A stretch of 64,000 bases of DNA from Methylotenera mobilis 13 (GTDB taxonomy: Bacteria > Pseudomonadota > Gammaproteobacteria > Burkholderiales > Methylophilaceae). Shown here piece after piece: positions 62,807-64,000 of the stretch. The position numbers and the translations under genes are program-made. Under the pieces are notes generated by a model, which saw only the letters and a program-made list of their open reading frames with translations, did no database searches and had not been told where the DNA came from. Each line of letters begins with the position of its first letter. The stretch's first letter is position 1. The stretch lies in contig NZ_KB913035.1 in the NCBI RefSeq assembly GCF_000384255.1, positions 1,784,808 to 1,848,807 on the forward strand, read 5' to 3'.

Positions 62807-64000
62807 TTAACTTAAATCTCTCACATCAACAAAGTGACCAGCAACAGCGGCGGCGGCAGCCATTTCAGGGCTAACTAAATGCGTACGCCCTCCCTGCCCT
62901 TGACGACCCTCAAAGTTACGATTACTTGTTGATGCACAGCGTTCACCGGAAGCCAAGCGGTCAGCATTCATTGCCAAGCACATTGAGCAACCTGGCTCAC
63001 GCCATTCAAAACCAGCTTCTGTGAATATCTTATCCAAGCCCTCTTGTTCAGCTTGCGCCTTCACTAAACCAGAGCCCGGTACAACCAGTGCAAGTTTGAC
63101 GTTAGGTGCAATATGCTTGCCTTTTGCAATAGCAGCCGCCGCACGTAAGTCTTCGATACGTGAGTTAGTACATGACCCAATAAATACTTTATCGATTTGA
63201 ATATCACTAATGAGCGTATTGGGTGTTAAGCCCATGTAAGCATAAGCACGCTCCCAATCACCACGCTGCACTTCATTTTTAGCCATCTCCAAACTTGGCA
63301 CTTTTCCATCAATACCCACCACCATCTCAGGGGATGTTCCCCAAGTCACTTGTGGCTGAATATCTTCAGCATTTAATGTAACGGTTGCATCAAAGGCTGC
63401 ACCTTCATCGCTATGTAAAGTATTCCAGTAAGCGACAGCTGCTTCCCATTGATCCGCTTTTGGTGAAAATGGGCGGCCTTTTACATAGTTGATGGTCGTA
63501 TCATCAACGGCAATAATCCCAGCACGTGCACCAGCTTCAATCGCCATATTGCATAAAGTCATACGGCCTTCCATGCTCATATTGCGTATCACAGAACCTG
63601 CAAACTCAATTGCATAGCCATTGCCGCCAGCAGTGCCTGTTTTACCGATAATAGCCAGTGCTACATCTTTAGCAGTAACACCTTTGCCTAGGATGCCATT
63701 GACAACCACTTGCATCGTTTTTGATTTCTTCTGCACCAAGCACTGCGTCGCCATGACATGCTCAACTTCTGACGTACCAATACCATGTGCCAATGCACCA
63801 AATGCACCGTGCGTACTTGTGTGAGAGTCACCGCAGACCACGGTCATACCTGGCAAGGTAGCACCCTGCTCAGGGCCAACCACATGCACAATCCCTTGGC
63901 GCGAGTCCATAAATGGAAAGTAAGCTTTTGCACCAAATTCACGGATATTGTCGCTTAAAGTTTCTATCTGTAAGCGAGCCACAGGGTCAGCAATGCCAGA
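62807..64000 (-). CDS. leuC: 3-isopropylmalate dehydratase large subunit (partial; the N-terminus lies beyond the window end).
   Basis: Aconitase-family motifs ([23 protein letters not shown]). The frame is open to position 64000. Confidence 0.9.
   Translation of the reverse strand, partial: SGIADPVARLQIETLSDNIREFGAKAYFPFMDSRQGIVHVVGPEQGATLPGMTVVCGDSHTSTHGAFGALAHGIGTSEVEHVMATQCLVQKKSKTMQVVVNGILGKGVTAKDVALAIIGKTGTAGGNGYAIEFAGSVIRNMSMEGRMTLCNMAIEAGARAGIIAVDDTTINYVKGRPFSPKADQWEAAVAYWNTLHSDEGAAFDATVTLNAEDIQPQVTWGTSPEMVVGIDGKVPSLEMAKNEVQRGDWERAYAYMGLTPNTLISDIQIDKVFIGSCTNSRIEDLRAAAAIAKGKHIAPNVKLALVVPGSGLVKAQAEQEGLDKIFTEAGFEWREPGCSMCLAMNADRLASGERCASTSNRNFEGRQGQGGRTHLVSPEMAAAAAVAGHFVDVRDLS

Noticed and set aside
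62686-62874. 62-aa plus-strand track ORF in the leuC-leuD spacer.
   Set aside because: It is antisense to the entericidin-like lipoprotein gene, which has a convincing signal peptide and lipobox. It also carries a Gln/Arg-rich low-complexity tail.
1-64000. Search for tRNA/rRNA genes, CRISPR repeats, IS/transposase or integrase genes, and long direct repeats.
   Set aside because: No tRNA-like GGTTCGAATCC-type T-arms and no repeat-spacer arrays were seen. None of the ORFs has transposase, integrase or recombinase motifs. The window appears to be stable core chromosome apart from the glycan operon.

Overview
A 64 kb chromosomal window that reads as core genome of a low-GC (roughly 42-45 % by eye) methylotroph-like beta-proteobacterium. 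The Methylophilaceae-like assignment is an inference from a complete pqqABCDE operon plus Pseudomonas/beta-proteobacterial synteny: leuC-leuD-leuB-asd-fimV-truA-trpF-trpB-trpA-accD-folC-SPOR(dedD-like)-cvpA-purF-metZ, and gyrA-serC-pheA-hisC. Coding density is high and most genes sit on the minus strand in 4-bp-overlapping operons. The window runs through the following blocks. (1) 1-8.9 kb: a tightly coupled nucleotide-sugar operon of WbpA/WbpB/WbpD/WbpE-like enzymes (UDP-diacetamido-uronic sugar type), with two oxidoreductase/aminotransferase/acetyltransferase modules and a HisH-like amidotransferase at the window edge. It is preceded by an EPS-type MarR regulator. (2) An rmuC-moaD-moaE-LonH/YcbZ-like protease-hslR operon. 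(3) A translationally coupled CHASE2 sensor / SH3b protein / M48 metalloprotease operon whose sensor has an unassigned cytoplasmic domain. This is the best candidate for an undescribed signalling system. (4) ppk2, an AI-2E transporter, and yjgR-yigZ. (5) cysB divergent from tauE-cysI-DUF934-cysH(APS-reductase type)-cysD-cysN-fdxA. (6) ygjP, a flotillin, an MFS pump, and pqqABCDE. pqqA and its attenuator hairpin were found by hand and are absent from the ORF track. (7) The housekeeping block through leuC, including a hand-found entericidin-like 39-aa lipoprotein gene between leuC and leuD. No rRNA, tRNA, CRISPR, transposase or integrase was recognised. The ORF track treats TTG/GTG as M. Several track starts were therefore trimmed to in-frame ATGs with upstream purine-rich Shine-Dalgarno-like motifs or homolog-consistent N-termini.
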